A stretch of DNA of 62,932 nucleotides, filler included, from Actinomycetota bacterium (lineage in GTDB: Bacteria > Actinomycetota > Actinomycetes > JAKEEW01), in assembly GCA_046725875.1 (NCBI GenBank). It is 6 parts of 6 records of this genome, joined end to end, with 100 filler letters (N's around TTAATTAATTAA, not from the genome) between each part and the next. Parts side by side here need not be neighbours in the genome. Positions count along the whole stretch, not along the records: positions 58,539 to 62,932 come from JBKOZJ010000059.1; 5 more parts are not named here. One strand, given 5' to 3'. Below are positions 62,580-62,932 of this stretch, in pieces (the stretch's first letter is position 1; each line of letters starts with the position of its first letter). The notes under the pieces were generated by a model. It had not been told where the DNA came from, ran no database searches, and was given only the letters and a program-made list of their open reading frames with translations. The translations under genes and the position numbers were made by a program.

Positions 62580-62932
62580 ATGAATGTGCCGTTGGCTCGA
62601 TAGGTTCGAGCCAACGGCACATTCATCGGCAGCCGTTTCGCAACAACGGCACATTCATTCAACATCCCTGTGGCGCGGGGCGACTCGATGGTTCGGTAGA
62701 TAACTGAGTCGCGCGGCCGTCCCAGTCGCCCGTCAATCGTCCTCGATACTTGTCCACAGTGCTAAGGAATTCGAACGTTTGATCCACAAGCACAGCCGTA
62801 ACTCCTCGGCCGCTTCTTCAGCTGCGCATTGTTAGTGCTATGCCGCGGCGGAGCTTCCAAGACCGGCACGCTCTCGACCAGCTGGCACACGGCCAGGATG
62901 GCGTTGTCGCCTATCAACAGTTGAAGCAGCTC
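62580..62932 (+). mobile_element. copy 2 of the hairpin-TIR AbiEi/DUF559 element (runs off window)
   Basis: Full hairpin 62580-62626 (loop TAGGT), third unit, leader, ORF start at 62840 MPRRSFQDRHALDQ...; 6 mismatches versus reverse complement of 21331-21659. Confidence 0.85.

Overview
High-GC actinobacterial DNA made of six assembly contigs (1-11995, 12096-21659, 21760-33718, 33819-46359, 46460-58438, 58539-62932) joined by 100-nt N/TTAATTAATTAA linkers, so adjacency across linkers carries no meaning. Housekeeping blocks: the femX/racemase/GT87/ponA/DUF5318/padR/ino1 cell-envelope locus, the Pup-proteasome locus (trmI, arc, dop, pup, prcB, prcA) with a RecB-like nuclease under a PafBC-type promoter, hrpA, and an Opp/Dpp ABC operon. 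Accessory regions hold a rifamycin-response cassette (RAE palindrome, an rgt-like 50-aa stub, helR), an SHMT homologue with a rewired active site, a STAND adenylate cyclase, IS481/IS3 remnants and many pseudogenes. The top observation is a ~1.35-kb element with no recognisable transposase: an AbiEi-wHTH/DUF559-like nuclease gene bounded by ~83-bp terminal inverted repeats ending in perfect 21-bp hairpins. A ~98% identical second copy lies on another contig and a solo hairpin lies on a third, suggesting a REP/REPIN-like mobile system driven by a PD-(D/E)xK-type protein. All family assignments come from motif recognition by eye, not database searches.
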